Shown: positions 1 through 11,990, numbered from the whole stretch's first letter. The stretch: 62,548 nt of DNA, filler included, from Chiloscyllium plagiosum (GCF_004010195.1; 4 parts of one record of this genome joined end to end with filler, not necessarily neighbours in it); one strand, 5' to 3'. The notes: a model not told the origin generated them from the sequence alone. Translations and numbers: made by a program.

Positions 1-205
1 TGTCGTCTATGCTACTTTCTCCCCTCCCCACCCTCCTTTCACTTATCTCTCCCCCCTTCCGGCTCTCTGCCTTTATTCCTGATGAAGGGCTTTTGCCCAA
101 AACGTCGATTTTACTGCTTCTTGGATGCTGCCTGAACTGCTGTGCTATTCCAGCACCACTAATCCGGAATCTGGTTTCCAGCAGGTGCAGTCACTGTTTT
201 TACTG
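1..205 (+). mobile_element. Penelope-like terminal repeat (family A); hammerhead core inactivated (GAAA>AAAA)
   Basis: attcCTGATGAagggcttttgcccAAAACGTC at 79-106, followed by the gatgctgcctga..ccagca tail. Same repeat abuts the GIY-YIG ORF at 43441-44169. Confidence 0.85.
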
Positions 206-1669
206 TGTCAGATAATTGGAAAACCACAGGTAGTAATAAAACCTGCACCTTTAATACCTATTCCAGCATTTTAGGAACCTTTCACAAGAGTCTTGATTGA
301 TTGTGTAGGTCCCCTACCTCAAAAAAAAAGTGGTAATAAGTATTTATTAACAATAATGGATGTGTCGACTAGATTTCCAGAGGACATCCCTTTTCAACAT
401 CACAGCTAAAAATTTTGTAAAGTAACTACTTACATTTTTTACTAGATAAGGATTGCCAATAGAGATCCAATCAGATCAAGGATCAAACTTCACACCCAAA
501 CTATTCAAGGAGGTTATGGATAACTTGGGAATAAAGCAATTCAAATCTACTACATACCATCTGGAATCACAGGGAGCGCTAGAGAGATGGCATCAATAAC
601 TAAAGACCATGTTGAAGGGTTATGGTCAGGATTATCCAGGTGATTGGTATAAGGAAGTTTCACTTGTACTTTTTACAATCAGAGATGCACCGAATGAATT
701 GACCAAATTCAGTCCATTTGAATTAATTTTTGAGTATGAAGTAAGATGGCCATTAAAATTGGTTAAGGAGAAATGAATAAGTCAGAATTCAGAGACCACC
801 CATTTGGACAATGTGTCAAATTTTAGAGAATGATTAAATAGAGCAGGAGAGTTGGTTAGACAGCATTTAAAAGTATCACAGCACGCAATGAAACAGGAAG
901 TGGATAAGAAATCACAAATCTGCAATTTTGCAATTGGGGATAAGATATTGGTGTTACTTTCAACAACAGATGAGCCTTTAAAAGCAAAGTTTAGTGGACC
1001 TTATCACATTGAGAAGAAATTGAGTGAGGTGAACTACTTGGTAAGGACTCCAGACAGGAAGAAATCTATAGAATGTGTCATGTGAATATGCTCAAAATGT
1101 ACTTTGATAGGGAAGGAAAGCAAGAGAAGAAGGTGTTAATGATTACAGCACAGAAGGGAGAACCAAGTTGAGAGGATTCTGAATTGGACATTCCTCAAAT
1201 CAAATTGGACAATGAGGAAGTTGTCAAAAATTGGTATAAATTATTGGGTTACCTTCCACAGAACATCGAAATGATCTGAAAGAGTTAAAGAGTTAACCTG
1301 AAAGCATTTGACAGCCTAAGAATTGTGTTAACCACTGCCCCAGTATTAGCCACACCGGATTACACAAAGCCTGTCAAGGTGGCTATCGATGCCAGGGATG
1401 TGGGGTTCGGTGTGGTGCTCCTGCAGGAGGATGACAACGGAATAGAAAGACCCATTGGGTACTTTTCCAGGAAGTTGAACATTCATCAACAGAAATATTC
1501 AACGATGGAGAAAGAGAAGTTAAGCTTGGTGTTGGCATTACAACATTTCAGTGTTTATGTTACGAGCAATGCATCTGAGACAATCGTATACACTGATCAC
1601 TACCCATTGACATTTGTGGGAAAATGTAAGGACAGAAATGCCAGACTGTTTAGATGGAGCTTGCTGTTG

Positions 1670-1736
1670 TGGTTCTGTTCGCCGAGCTGGGAACCACAAC
1701 AACGAGCACCCGAGCTACAAATCTTCTCACAAACTT
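1670..1736. mobile_element. 67-bp inverted micro-insertion with 15-bp TSD (probable PLE terminal fragment)
   Basis: Flanked by tggagcttgctgttg (1655-1669) and tggagcttgttgttg (1737-1751). Internal inverted repeat gttgtggttc (1666-1675) / gaaccacaac (1691-1700). Interrupts the RNase H frame. Confidence 0.7.
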
Positions 1737-1997
1737 TGGAGCTTGTTGTTGCAGCCATTCAATATGACAATTGTGCAGGTGGCAGGTCGCGAAAATGTGA
1801 TTGTCGATGTGTTACCGAGACTCGAATAAGATATGGAGGCGTTCGGTGATGGGTGTACCGCAGCCTGAATTTGCATGTGGTTGTGCATGTTTGCATGGTA
1901 TAGTTAGTATAGTGTACATGCGTGTTCAGACTACTAGCTGGGTTTTTGAAGGGTTAAAAATGAAGCCATCTTTTGGTATTGATGGTTCATTTTTTTT

Positions 1998-2008
1998 AAC
2001 GGGGGAGG
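1998..2008 (+). other. Polypurine tract of the LTR element
   Basis: T-run then aacgggggagg immediately before the TGTCAC start of the LTR. Confidence 0.75.
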
Positions 2009-2422
2009 TGTCACAAAGCTAGTCCATTTTTTCCTAAATGCAGTTCCTCGGCTAAGGAGATTCTGTCCTTGATTTTTTTCAGAGGGGTAATAAACCGGGC
2101 CGGGCTCCGATCAGTCTGGTTTGGTATAGTGCTGAAAAGGATTTTGAGAGGCCTTTTGTTTATATGTAAACAGATGAGACTTCAGGCCAAAGTGGTCATG
2201 TTTTAGAAGTGACCTGTATAATGAAAGGGGAGTGATCAGCCCTCGAGCTGAGCAGTTTAGTTCAGTCTTGAACTGGTGAGTTCAACAGGGAGCTGTGTGG
2301 AAACTCTCTCTCTCTTTTTGCCGTTCAACTTCAACCTGTAAGCATGTGTTCCATTTATACTGGGTTTTAAAGCGAGTTTGCTTATTGGGACTGTTGTGTA
2401 AATTTGGAACAGCATAATTAAG

Positions 2423-2552
2423 GAGGAGAAAGTGAGGACTGCAGATGCTGGACATCAGCCCTGAAGAAGGGCTCATGTCCGAAACGTCGATTCTCCCGCT
2501 CTTTCGATGCTGCCTGACCTGCTGGGCTTTTCCAGCAACACATTTTCAGCAT
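2423..2552. mobile_element. Bipartite inverted PLE family-A insertion inside the LTR
   Basis: TSD agcataattaag at 2411-2422 and 2553-2564. Reverse-complemented 3' end is joined to a forward piece that starts at the hammerhead core. Confidence 0.85.
2461..2488 (+). ncRNA. Minimal hammerhead ribozyme core (family A)
   Basis: CTGAAGA-a-gggc-tcat-gtcc-GAAAC-GTC. Confidence 0.65.
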
Positions 2553-2852
2553 AGCATAATTAAGTCTAGTTGGATAGGCTGAGTTCTGTCGGGGTTCTTT
2601 AATCTGTTCTTTGTGTTTCATTGTGTAATTTTGTGATTAAAGTTTTGTCTGTTTTGAATTCTAGTAGTCAACCTCTGTAACTTAATCTGGGTAATTTTCA
2701 CTGTACGTTTACCGAACAAATTGCAAAGTTATGATCAGCGCTGCCTGCTTAAGAATGTTTTGAGTGGTCTGGCTTAGTCCATAACAAATAAGATGAAGAA
2801 AGGTGGCGGGAGATTCATGCGAAAAATAGCACCAGCATAAAGCAACTGCTTT

Positions 2853-3151
2853 GATTAGATTAGGTTCCCTAGTGTGGAAACAGGCCCTTTGGACCAACAA
2901 GTCCACACCGACCCTCCGAAGAGTAACCCACCCAGACCCATTCCCTCTGAGTACCTAACACTATGGGCAATTTAGCGTGGCCAATTCACCTGACCTGCAC
3001 ATCTTTGGATTGTGGGAGGAAACCGGAGCACCCGGAGGAAACCCACGCAAACACGGGGAGAATGTGCAAACTCCACACAGACAGTCGCCCGAGGCTGGAA
3101 TCGAACCTGGGACTCTGGTGCTGTGAGGCAGCAGTGCTATCCGCTGAGCCA
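2853..3151 (-). mobile_element. HE1-type V-SINE
   Basis: tRNA-like head (ggctcagcggatagc..ggttcgattcc), V-domain (gtgggtttcctccgggtgctccggtttcctccca), CR1-like tail and (ctaat)n end. Confidence 0.9.
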
Positions 3152-3779
3152 TAAGTTCAATGTAAAATGATTTCTGAAACTAAAATGATTTTCTTTTCAT
3201 CTATTTTTGGTGATAAAGGTTGTTGCAAATGTGCTGTCACTGTTCAAACAGATCTAGTCAATTGAAGCTACTAAAGCTGATGTTTGATAGAGTTGGACTA
3301 AATGCACTGTTATTAGACCAAAGTCATTATTTCTGTGAGGACTTTGGATCTGGATAAGTTGTTTGCAATGCAAATAAATGTTCAATCAAGGTTAACTATG
3401 AGAGGCGTCCATCTGCTGGCATCCATTCTTTATCAATGTGACTGAAGGCAGAGTTCCAACAGGCATTTCTGCCAACAGTTTGAACAAATGCACTGATAGA
3501 TCATTACCAGAAAGCTGGGAACATAATTACAAAGATTTTTCAATGGACACTCACACTTCAGTCCTGAATTGGACCATTAAACCTTTATTGGGAAAAGCTT
3601 GGAAATGCACCAAATTGTTTTGGAGTGTGAGCCTGTATTTTAATGCCAGGCCTCTCAATATAAATAATAAACACAATGGCTGCATAAGCAGTGTCAATCC
3701 TTGCATTTGCAGATATCTTTGTAGCTTTTCAGCTTTGATCAAATGACTGAAATACTTGTACTCTCTAGTTTAGATGTCA

Positions 3780-4110
3780 CTCTTTAAGATCTTGCCCCTG
3801 CAATGTTCAATAACCTCTTCATTTGTCTTATGGTCTGTGGATGAAAACCTGCATCTTCGCATCCACCTTTCAAAGGTCTCGAATTTCTTCCACAGATCAT
3901 TACAATCTGTCCAGCTTTGTACTTATATTCCAATATTCATTCTGGTTTCAACTTGTGTATCTCTTCTAACAACCATTCCTTTTGTAGTTTTGATTTTCAT
4001 ACTCAACTTGCAGATTTTACATGGTCTTTCATATTTTGCATGGCCTCCTCTGACTCTGCAAGTAGTTACCACAATCAGCATTTCTGTGCGTGTGTATTGT
4101 CCTTGCCCTG
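3780..4110 (-). mobile_element. Old RTE-clade LINE RT fragments
   Basis: Minus strand gives degenerate LAESEEAMQ, IKTTKGMVV, KFETFERW and TDHKTNEEV, resembling RTE RT and C-terminal motifs, with an internal deletion. Confidence 0.55.
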
Positions 4111-4642
4111 CCTAGCTGCTTCTTAAATCCATCAATACTAATCTTTCCCCATGATAGCGAGTTCCACATTCTAAAAACACATTGGGTGACTAAGTCCCTT
4201 TAGTGTACTCTTCACTATGTTGTGGTCACTTCCATTCAACTACCACAGCAATCTTGAGTACAAGTGCTTGAATGTTTCTTTCAGTGTATGCAGGGAAACA
4301 TATTTGACAGCTATCATTTCTGAGGAAAACGAAGAATCTGTGCAATGTTTATCCAAATTTCAATCTTGCTTCATAAAAACATAAAATACACATGTCTTAA
4401 GGCTGTAGGCTAAACTTTTTAAAATGTCTTTTACTTCACCCAGTCAGGGAACAATTAATCTTCTCCAGGATGTTGTAAGTTTGTTCCATATTCCCTATCC
4501 TCTGGTTTGGTATCCTTTGTATTTCAACACTCTCCAAGGTCTAACTTCAATGTTTGGATATGAATAATTGTTATTTAAAGTTCCTGCTGACCCTATCCTT
4601 TAGGATACACAATGCTCATCAGAACAAGGTTCATTAAATTAA

Positions 4643-5600
4643 GTCATAGAGTCATCGAATCACAGAATCATATAGCACAGAAGCATAACCTTAGGTCCAA
4701 CTCATCTACACCAGCCAGACATCCCAATCTGATCTTGTCCAATTTGCCAGCACTTGGCCCATATCCCTCTAAACCCTTCCTATTCATATATCCATCCAGA
4801 TGCCTTTTAAATATTGTAACTCTACCAGCTTCCATCACTTCCGCTGGTAACTCATTCCATACCCCACCACCCTTTGCGTTATCCCTCAGGTCCCTTTTAA
4901 ATCTTTCGCCTCATCTTAAAACCATGTCCTTTAGCTGGGACTTCCCCACCCTAGGAAAAAGACCTTGACTATTCACCCTATCCATGCCCCTCATGAATTC
5001 ATAAACATCTATAAGGTCACCCCCTCAGCCTCCAACACTCCAGGGAAAACAGCCCCAGCCTATTCAGCCTCTTCCTATAGCTCAAACCCTCCAGACCCAG
5101 AAACTTCATTGTAAATCTTTTCTGCACCCTCTCAAGTTTAACAACATCCTTCCTATAGAAGGGCAACCAGAATTGTACGCAGTCAGGGGAAGCAATGGCC
5201 TAACGATATTATCACTGGACTGTTAATCCAAAGAACAAGGTAATGTTCTGGGGACCTGGTTTGAATCCTGCCATGGCAGATGGTGGAATTTGAATTCAAT
5301 AAAAATCTGGAATTAAGACTCGAACGATGACCTTGAATCCATTGCCAATTGTCGGAAAAACCCATCTGGTTCACTAATGTCCGTTAGGAAAGGAAACTGT
5401 CATCCTCACCTGGCCTGGCCTACATGTAACTCCAGACCCACAGCAATGAGGTTGACTCTTAAATGCCCTCTGGGCAATTAGGATGGGCAATAAATGCTGG
5501 TCTAGCCTGTGATGCCCACATCCCATGAATAAACAAAGAAATAAAAAATTGTTCCAAAAGTGGACTCAACAATGTCCTGTGAAGCCGCAACATTATTTCT
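4643..5600 (-). mobile_element. CR1 LINE 3' fragment interrupted by a SINE
   Basis: gactctatgact tail and GLFSLE..LRGDL-type region; resumes at about 5550 after the SINE. Confidence 0.8.
5184..5545 (+). mobile_element. tRNA-derived SINE family 2 (tail shared with the LINE at 25310-25830)
   Basis: Head gcaatggcctaacg..ggtttgaatcc, core gactccagacccacagcaatg, tail gggcaataaatgctgg..gatgcccacatccc. Homologous copies at 43390, 46020, 50000 and 58267. Confidence 0.8.
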
Positions 5601-5615
5601 TCCCTATTTATCCCT

Positions 5616-6998
5616 GACAGTAGTAGAAAGTGAAGACAGCGGATGCTAGAGATCAGAGTTGAGAATGTGGCGTTGGAAAAGCACAGCAGATCAAGCAGCA
5701 TCCGAGGAGCAGCAGAATCAAAGTTTTGGGCAAAAGCGCTTCATCAGGAATGAGGTTTGTGGGCCGGGTGGCTGAGAGACTAATGGGAGGGGGGGTGGAG
5801 CTAGGGGGAAGAAACTGAGAATGCAATAGGTAGATGAAGGTGAGGGAGAAGGTGATAGGTCAGAAAGGAGGCTGGTTGGGAAAGGTGATGGACAGGTCAG
5901 GAGGGTGAGTTGGAGGCTTGGGACTGGGATAATGTGGGGGAAGGGGAAATGAGGAAGCTGTCAAAATCCATATTGATTTCATGTAGTTGCACGACAGAAT
6001 ATGAGGCGTTCTTCCTCCCGGCATTGGGTGGTAAGGATTTGGCGATGGAGGAGGCCCAGGATCTGCATGTCCTTGGCAGAGTGGGAGGGGATGTTGAAGT
6101 GTTCAGCCACAGGGTGGTAGAGTTGGTGGGTGCAGGTGTCCCAGAGATGTTCTCTGAAATGATCCGCAAGTTGGTGTCCTGTCTCCCCGATGTAGAGGAG
6201 ACCACATCAGGTGCAATGGATACAGCAGATGACATTGGTGGAGGTACAGGTAAATTTCTGTCAGATGTGGGAGGACTCTTTGGGGCCTTGGACGGAGGTG
6301 AGGGGAGTGGTGTGGGCGCGAGATTTGCACTTTCCTGTGGTGGCAGGGCCACCAGCCCACACCCACTACCAGCCCACACCCCACTCCCAGCAGGTTCCCC
6401 TGCCACTGCAGGAAGTGCAAGACCTGCGGCCACACCTCCCCCCACCTCACCTCCACCCAAAGCCCCATAGGATCCTTCTACATCCGTCAGAAATTTACCT
6501 GTACCTCCACCAATGTCATCTACTGTATCCGTTGCACCCGATGTGGTCTCCTCCCACTCCGCCAAGAACATGCAGGTCCTGGGCCTCCTCTATCGCCCTT
6601 ACTACCCAACGCCTGGAGGAAGAACGCCTCATATTCCACCTTGGGACCCTGCAACCACACGGGATCAATGTGAATTTTAACAGTTTCTTCATTTCCCCTC
6701 CCCCTACATTATCACAATCCCAAACCTCCATTCCCGGCACTGCTCTCCTGACCTGTCCATCACCATTCCCATCTATCCACTCCACCCTCCTCTCTGCCCT
6801 ATCACCTTCTTCCTCACCTTCATCTACCTATCATATTCTCAGCTATCTTGCCCCCAATCCCACCCGCCTCCCATTTATCTCTTAGACCCCCGGTCCATAA
6901 GCCTCATTCCTGATCAAGGGCTTATGCCCAAAACAACAATTCTACTGCTCCTCGGATGCTGCCTGACCTTCTGTGCTTTTCCAGCAACATACTCTCAA
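5616..6998. mobile_element. Penelope-like element in inverted (fold-back) arrangement: two GIY-YIG 3' ends with terminal repeats
   Basis: Left arm on minus, right arm on plus (RLEEERLIFHLGTLQPHGINVNF). Degenerate hammerheads at about 5720-5750 and 6910-6935. TSD ctatttatccct at 5604-5615 and 6999-7010. Confidence 0.88.
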
Positions 6999-7803
6999 CT
7001 ATTTATCCCTTATAGCCTAATTTACTCCAAAAACAACAAAAGGAAACATTCTCTTTGTCCATCATGCCAAAATATTACATCACTTTAAAGACATCTGTTG
7101 GGTTACCCCTCAGCCTTCTCCTTTTCCTAAAGGAAAAAGTGGCCCACCATGGAAATCCTTTCCTGATGTGTATATTCACAAATTTCTGTGTCACAAAGTC
7201 AGTCTAGAGCTAATGGTTAATGAATATGGAGTTGTGCCTCTGAGGTATGCTGTGATGTAACCATGTTCTTAGTAGTCGTGTGAATGGGACTCTGCTAGAA
7301 GGTCAGAACGAGAACAGATTAGATCAGAAATGGTTGCTGAACAATCATCATACATCTATTGTTAGCAAATACTATTTGAAAGACCACCTTGAGATCTGGC
7401 TTGGATTTACCCAGGAAACAGATGAATGTATACTAATAGAGTCAGCCCCTGTGTTAACCTGACCAGCAAAACTAAATGCCAAGGAGCAACAGACTGAGGT
7501 GGTGGTGAAGTGGGAATGATACTGGACGAGTAAACTAAATCTTTGGAGACCTGGGTTTAAGTGGCTATTGAAGCAATGAGAATGCAATTATTAAAAGCCT
7601 GTATTATGAGCTGAGTATCAGTCATGATGACCACAAAATCATCACTGACTGTACTAAAAATGATAATCTGATTCATCAATGCTTTTTAGGGAAGGAGGTT
7701 TTACTTGGTCTGGCCTATGTGTGAGGCCAGGCTCCCAGTAACGTGGTCAACCCTGAACTGCCCTCTGATATGGCCACACCAGCTATTCAGTGCATGGGCA
7801 CTT

Positions 7804-8270
7804 CATAGATTCATACAAGGCAGTAAAGGCCCTTTGGACCAACCAAGTCTGCACCAACATAACTACCAATAAAAGCGCGCTAATCCCAATTTCCTGCACT
7901 TGCCCAATGTCTTTGAATGTTATGTATTTGAAGTGCTCATCCAATTTTTTTTAAGTTGTAAGGTTTCCAGCCTCCACTACCTTCCCAGGCAGTGGATTCC
8001 AGATTCCCACTGCCCATTGAGTGAAAAAGGTTTTTTCCCAAATCCCCTCTGAATCTCCTGCCCCTTACCCTATATTTGTGCCCTCTTGTGATTGACGTCT
8101 CAACTAAGAGGAACAGCTGTTCTCTATTCACCCTGTCATTTCAGTCTTCTCTGCTCTTAAGAAAACAATTCAAGCCTATCTGGTCTCACCTTATAACTCT
8201 ATTTCTCCATCCCAGGCAACATCCCGGTAAACCTCCTCTGTACCCTATCTAGTGTTACCACAACCTTATC
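7804..8270 (-). mobile_element. CR1 3' fragment
   Basis: ORF 7937..8131 TRGHKYRVRGRRFRGDLGKNLF is a CR1 ORF2 C-terminus. Confidence 0.75.
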
Positions 8271-8859
8271 AATTAGGAATAGCAACAAACCAGGAATATC
8301 CTAGGAAAATCCATTTGCTATATGCCAAAATCCATATCCTGGGAAAAAAAATAAAGCAACATAACAAAAATAGGGCTGTGAAGATAACAGACGTTTTTTA
8401 AAAATTATTCACTCATGGACTGGGAGATCCAGGAATTATTCTTTATATTCTGTCCAGTTTCCTGGGGATTTATGTTTTATCAATGTTGCATTTTGACCAG
8501 GAAACCATCAGTAACTCCTCTTCTCATCTTGAGTACTACGGTGAAATTTCAATTTAACATCTCACACTAAACCTCCCGTTCTCAGGGACTATGAGCTCAA
8601 TTCTTTGATGTTCTGACTTGAATCCATGGTCTTCTGACCCAGAAAGTTAAGTTTGCTGTTTGGTGGGCTATGAAATAAAGATGCCTGGTTTTACATTGCG
8701 AGTAGAAAGGATGCTGGAAGCAGACTCAATGATGATTTTTAAACTGGAACTAAATAAGCATGTGAAGGGAATACAGGTGCAAGAAAATGAGAAAAAGGCA
8801 GAGTGAATTTTGAAGTAATTGAACAGTTTGTTCAAGAAGTTTGTTTTGGAACAATATTG

Positions 8860-9073
8860 GCTGTCAGTTAACTCAGTCGGCTGGACAGCATTTTGTGGTG
8901 CACAGGTATGCTGGGTTCAATTCCTACATCAGCTGATATAACCATGATAGGACTCCCTCCTCAGCCTCTCCTTGTCTGAGGTCTGGTGATCCTCAGGTTA
9001 AATGTCCACCAGTTGTCTCTCTCTCTCTCTCTCTAATGAGAGAGCAGTTCTAGGGTTGAGTAGGATTATAGTG
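8860..9073 (+). mobile_element. tRNA-derived SINE family 3
   Basis: Head taactcagtcggctgg..gggttcaattcc, tail accagttgtctctctctaatgagagagcag. Second, split copy at about 24280-24925. Confidence 0.65.
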
Positions 9074-9242
9074 AGAGTGTGGTGCTGGAAAAGCACAGCA
9101 AGTCAGGCAGCAGGAACCTGATGAAGGGCTTATGCCTGAAACGTCGACTCTCCTGCTCCTCTGATGCTGCCTGACCTGCTGTGCTTTTCCAGCACCACAC
9201 TCTCGACTCTGATCTGCAGCATGTGCAGTCCTTACTTTCTCC
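9074..9242. mobile_element. Bipartite inverted PLE family-A insertion
   Basis: TSD taggattatagtg (9061-9073) / taggactatagtg (9243-9255). Inverted piece to about 9112, forward piece from 9118. Confidence 0.85.
9118..9145 (+). ncRNA. Minimal hammerhead ribozyme core (family A)
   Basis: CTGATGA-a-gggc-ttat-gcct-GAAAC-GTC. Confidence 0.65.
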
Positions 9243-10442
9243 TAGGACTATAGTGTTAACAATCGAAGACCCCTCCCACCCTGGTTATACTCTCTTCCAC
9301 CCTTATCCATCAGGCAGAAGTTTGAAAACATCAACAGCAAATGTGACACCACTGTTTAAACAAGGAGGTAGACAAAAGGCAGGTAACTATAGGTCCGTTA
9401 GCTTCACTTCTGTAGTGGGGAAAATGCTTGCATCCATCATCAACAAAAAAACAGCCAGACGTCTTGATAAAAGTTGCCCCATTGGGCAGATGCAGCAGGG
9501 GTTCATAAAAGGCAGATCATGTTTAGCTAATCTACTGGAATTCTTTGAGGACATTGCGAGTGCTGTGGACAAAGGGGAACTGGTGGATGTGGTGTATCTG
9601 GATTTTCAGAAGGCATTCGACAAGAGCCACTCAAAAGCCTATTGCACAAGATAAAGATGCACAACATTATGGGTAATGTATGAGTCTGAACAACTAACAG
9701 AAAGCAAAGAGTGGGGATAAATGAGTGTTTTTTTGGTTGGCAATCAGTGGCTAGTGGTGTGCCTCATGGATCAGTACTGGGGTGGCAATTTGTTTGCAAT
9801 TTACATAGATGGTTTAGAGCTGGGGACCAAATGTAGTGTGGAAAAGTTCTCAGATGACACTAAGATGAGTGGTAGAGCATAGTGTGCAGAGGACACTGCA
9901 AGTCTGCAGAGGGATATGGATAGGTTAGCTGAGTGGGCAAGGATCTGGCAGGTGGAGCACAATGTTGGTAAATGTGAGGTCAGCCATTTTAGGAGAAATA
10001 ACAGCAATTTATTTAAATTGTGAGAAATTGCAGCATGCTGCTGTGCAGAGGGACCTGTGTGTTCTTGTGCATGAATCACAAAACGTTGGTTGGTGCAGCA
10101 GGTAATTGAGAAGGCAAATGGAATATTGTCCTTCATTGCTAGGGAGATACAATTTGTAAACAGGGAGACTACAGGATGCTAGTGAGGCCACAGTTGGTGT
10201 ACTGTGTACTGCTTTGGTCTCCTTACTTGAGAAAGGATGTACAGGCAGTAGAGGTGGTGCAAAGGAGGTTCAATACGTTGATTCCCAAGTTGAGATGTAT
10301 GGTTTATGAGGAGAGATTGAGTAGACTGGGACTATATTCATTAGAGTTTAGAATAATGAGGAGGAATCTTATAGAAACACATAACATTATGAAGATCATT
10401 GATAAGGTAGAAGCAGGGAGGCTATTTCCACTGGCAGGTTTT

Positions 10443-10690
10443 TTTAGATTATTAGATTACATTACAGTGTGGAAACAGGCCCTTCGGCCCAACAAGTCCA
10501 CACCGACCCGCCGAAGCACAACCCACCCATACCCATACCCCGACATTTACCCCTAACCTAACACTACGGGCAATTTAGCATGGTCAATTCACCTGACCTG
10601 CACATCTTTGTGACTGTGGGAGGAAACTGGAGCACCCGGAGGAAACCCACGCAGACGCAGTGCTAACCACTGTGCCACCGTGCCGCCCAC
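10443..10690 (-). mobile_element. HE1-type V-SINE with internal deletion
   Basis: Head gggcggcacggtggcacagtggttagcac fused directly to the V-domain; (tctaa)n tail. Confidence 0.85.
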
Positions 10691-10847
10691 AAACTAGGTG
10701 AAACTAGAACTAGGGGGCATAGTCTCAAAACCAGGGGGAGCAGATTTAGAACTGAGTTGAGGAGAAAGTTCTTCATCCAGAGGGTTTTGAATCCGTGGAG
10801 ATCCTGCCCAGTGAAGCAGTTGATGCTACGTTGTTGAATGTTTTTAA

Positions 10848-11990
10848 GTCATAGAGATGTACTGCATGGAAACTGACCCTCCCATCCAACTCACCCATGC
10901 CAACAAATAACCTAAACTAATCTAGCCCCATTTGCCAGCATTTTGCCCATACCCCTATAAACCCTTCCTACTCATGTACCCATCAAGATGTCTTTTAAAT
11001 GTTGCAATTGTACCAGCCTCCACCACTTCCTCTGGCAGCTCATTCCATACACGCACTATCCTCTATGTGAAAAAGTTGCCCCTTAGGTCTCTTTTAAGTC
11101 TTTCCCTTCTCACTTTAAACCTATGACCTCTAGTTTTGGATTCCCCTACCCTGGGGAAAAGACCTTGACTATTCAGCCTATCCATCCCCCTCATGATTTT
11201 ATAAACCTCTGTAAGGTCACCCCTCAGCCTCTGACGCTCCAAGGAAAACAGCCCCAGCCCCAGTCCCATTCAGCCTCTCTCTGCAGCTCAAACCCTTCAA
11301 CTGCTACAAATTCCTTGCAAATCTTTTCTGAATGTTTTCAAGTTTAAAAACATCTTTCATATAACAAGGAGACCAGAATAGAATGCAGTATTGCAAAAGT
11401 GACCGAACCAATGCCTTGTACAGCCGCAAAATAACCTCTTAACTCCTGTAGTTAATGCACTGACCCATAAAGGCAACAATACCAAATACCTTCTTCACTA
11501 TCCTGTCTACCTGTGACTCTGCTTTCAGGAACTATGAACCTCTACTCTAAGGTCTCTTTGTTGACAACACTCCTCGTGACCTTGCCATTAAGTGTATAAG
11601 TCCTGCCATTCCTTGGCCCAGTGGCCTATCTGATCAATGTCCCATTGTACTCTGACGGAACCTTCTTCATTATCCACTACAATGCCAATTTTCATGTTAT
11701 CTGCAAAATTATTCACCGTAACTCCCATATTCATATCCAAATAATTTATATGAATGACAAAAAATAGTGAACCCAACACTGATCCCTGCAGCATAGTGCT
11801 GGCCACAGACCTCCAGTCTGAAAAGCAACCCTCCACCAGCGCCCTCTGTCTCCTAACTTGGAACCAATTTTGTATCCAAATGTTCTCCCTGAAATCCTTG
11901 TTAACCTTGCTAGCAAGGCTACCATTTGGAACCTTGCTGAATGCCTTACTGAAGTTCATAGAGATCACATATATCACTCTGTCTTCATCA
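10848..11990 (-). mobile_element. CR1 RT and 3' end
   Basis: MNFSKAFSKVP, QGSVLGSLFFVIHIN, FADNMK, RLKRDLRGNFFT. Flanked by a tttttaag direct repeat. Confidence 0.88.

Larger units (their letters stand above)
210..2008 (+). mobile_element. Decayed Gmr1-type (Ty3/gypsy superfamily) LTR retrotransposon internal region: integrase followed by RNase H, RT deleted
   Basis: Integrase motifs EPFTRVLIDCVGPLP, IMDVSTRFPE, IQSDQGSNF, SQGALERWHQ and KFSGPYHI (about 270-1080), then RNase H motifs VAIDARDVGFGVVLLQED, PIGYFSRKLN, VYTDHYPL (ORF 1325). Many stops and frameshifts. Confidence 0.9.
2009..2786 (+). mobile_element. 3' LTR of the Gmr1-type element
   Basis: Begins TGTCAC after the PPT and ends CATAACA (TG...CA termini). 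Contains a nested PLE insertion. Confidence 0.75.

Noticed and set aside
79..106. Hammerhead copy at the window start as an active ribozyme
   Set aside because: The essential G of GAAA is mutated to A; same for copies near 6910, 28549, 30166 and 61003.
5897..6885. Long overlapping ORFs of 186-224 aa on both strands
   Set aside because: Alternative and antisense frames of the inverted Penelope remnant.
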